NCBI RefSeq assembly: GCF_036321535.1
Contig: NC_087437.1
Span: 100,380,001-100,444,000, forward strand
DNA: 64,000 bases
Reading direction: 5' to 3'
Source: Camelus dromedarius
Taxonomy: Eukaryota
Under the pieces are notes generated by a model. The model was not told where the DNA came from. It saw only the letters and a program-made list of their open reading frames with translations, and did not search any database. Positions 63,035 to 64,000 of this stretch are shown in pieces. A program made the position numbers and the translations under genes. Positions within the stretch are counted from its first letter, which is position 1, and each line of letters starts with the position of its first letter.

Positions 63035-63950
63035 CCCTGAATATTTTTCAGATTCATTCAGTTCTTCCCAACTCCACCTCCATTTTTGTATCTCAAACTC
63101 CCCTCTTCTCTAGCTCGTACCATAGTAATCACCTTCTAACTGCAAATCACATTGACTTCTGCTCCTGTCTGAAAAGTTTGTATGTTGCATTTGAATTTCC
63201 CCCTGCCTCCCCCCATCACACACATCCATAAAACCCTTCATGACTTCTCAGTACCTTTAGAATAAAGCCAAACTCCTACACATGGCTGATAAAGTGCAGG
63301 GCATTGGGCTTTGCCTGCCTGTCCAGCCTGGGCCCATACCATGCCTCACCTCTCACTTTCTTAGGTCCAGCCACACTGGTATCCTTTTAGTCTCTCAAAT
63401 TTTAAAGTGTGTGCAAATCGCTTGAGAATATTGTTAAGATGCAGGTTTCAATTAAGTAGATCTGAGGTGGGCTGGAGAGTCTGCAGTTCTAACCAGCTCC
63501 CAGGTGATGCCAATGCTGCTGGTCCAAGACTCTGCTTTGAATCCAAAGACTGGTCAGTTCCCTATGCTCCCTTTGCCTGTGCTTTTGTACCTGCAGTTCC
63601 TGGTTTTCCTCAGTACCCTTTCCTCCTCTCTTCACTTGAACACATTGTTCAGATCTCAATTCACTATCAGTTTTCAGGGACTCCTTCTGTGACCTTCTTA
63701 TCCAAGTCAAATCAGGTCAACCCTGCAGTGAAGTCTCATGGAACCCTGTGTCTTTGCTTCTTAGCACTTGGCAGAGTTGATTTCTATGTTTTCTATGGAC
63801 ATCTTTGGATCAAATATTTATCTCCCCCACTAGACTCAAGGCTTCATGATGGAGAGTCTGTCTGTTTCTGATTACTGTTGCATCCCCAGAGTCCCACACA
63901 GTGTGGGGCTCTCAGAATAGACATTCATTAAATATTTGTTGAATGAATAA
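63035..63950 (+). mobile_element. L2a 3' end, interrupted by MER5A at ~63392-63548
   Basis: tagaataaagccaaactcct...tctcccccactagact...taaatatttgttgaatgaat terminus; MER5A motif ctaaccagctcccaggtgatgccaatgctgctggtcc. Confidence 0.85.
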
Positions 63951-64000
63951 GGAGTGGTACTCAAGTCCCTAACACATGCTCCCTTCACTAGCAGGCAAAG

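Noticed and set aside
63407..63871. 154-aa ORF
   Set aside because: Entirely within MER5A and L2 sequence.
1..64000. CRISPR arrays, operons or other prokaryote-type systems
   Set aside because: The DNA is clearly mammalian; there are no regularly spaced repeat-spacer arrays or dense coding regions.

Overview
This is AT-rich, CpG-depleted mammalian genomic DNA, very probably camelid: it carries seven tRNA(Ala)-derived SINEs of the vic-1 type. I find no intact protein-coding gene. Almost all ORFs in the track come from microsatellites, transposon remnants or chance. Much of the window is interspersed repeat (L1, L2, MIR, MaLR and ERV1 LTRs, hAT and Tigger DNA transposons); family names are from memory, not from a database search. 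Main items: (1) a small CpG-island promoter at ~7.68-7.89 kb with GC boxes and NRF1-like, YY1 and CRE-like motifs but no recognisable gene; (2) a ~5.1 kb non-coding two-LTR ERV1-type provirus at 21726-26830 on the minus strand; (3) a four-level nest at 39.4-45.7 kb, MLT1 > MER31-like LTR > ORF2-less L1 with a probable 3' transduction > full-length RPS15A processed pseudogene; (4) an isolated R-U5-only LTR fragment at 37761-37899 resembling retroviral strong-stop cDNA; (5) a repeat-poor block at ~46-53.6 kb with a good CTCF motif and a candidate exon. I see no convincing new biological system; the best leads are unusual retrotransposition products and the orphan promoter.
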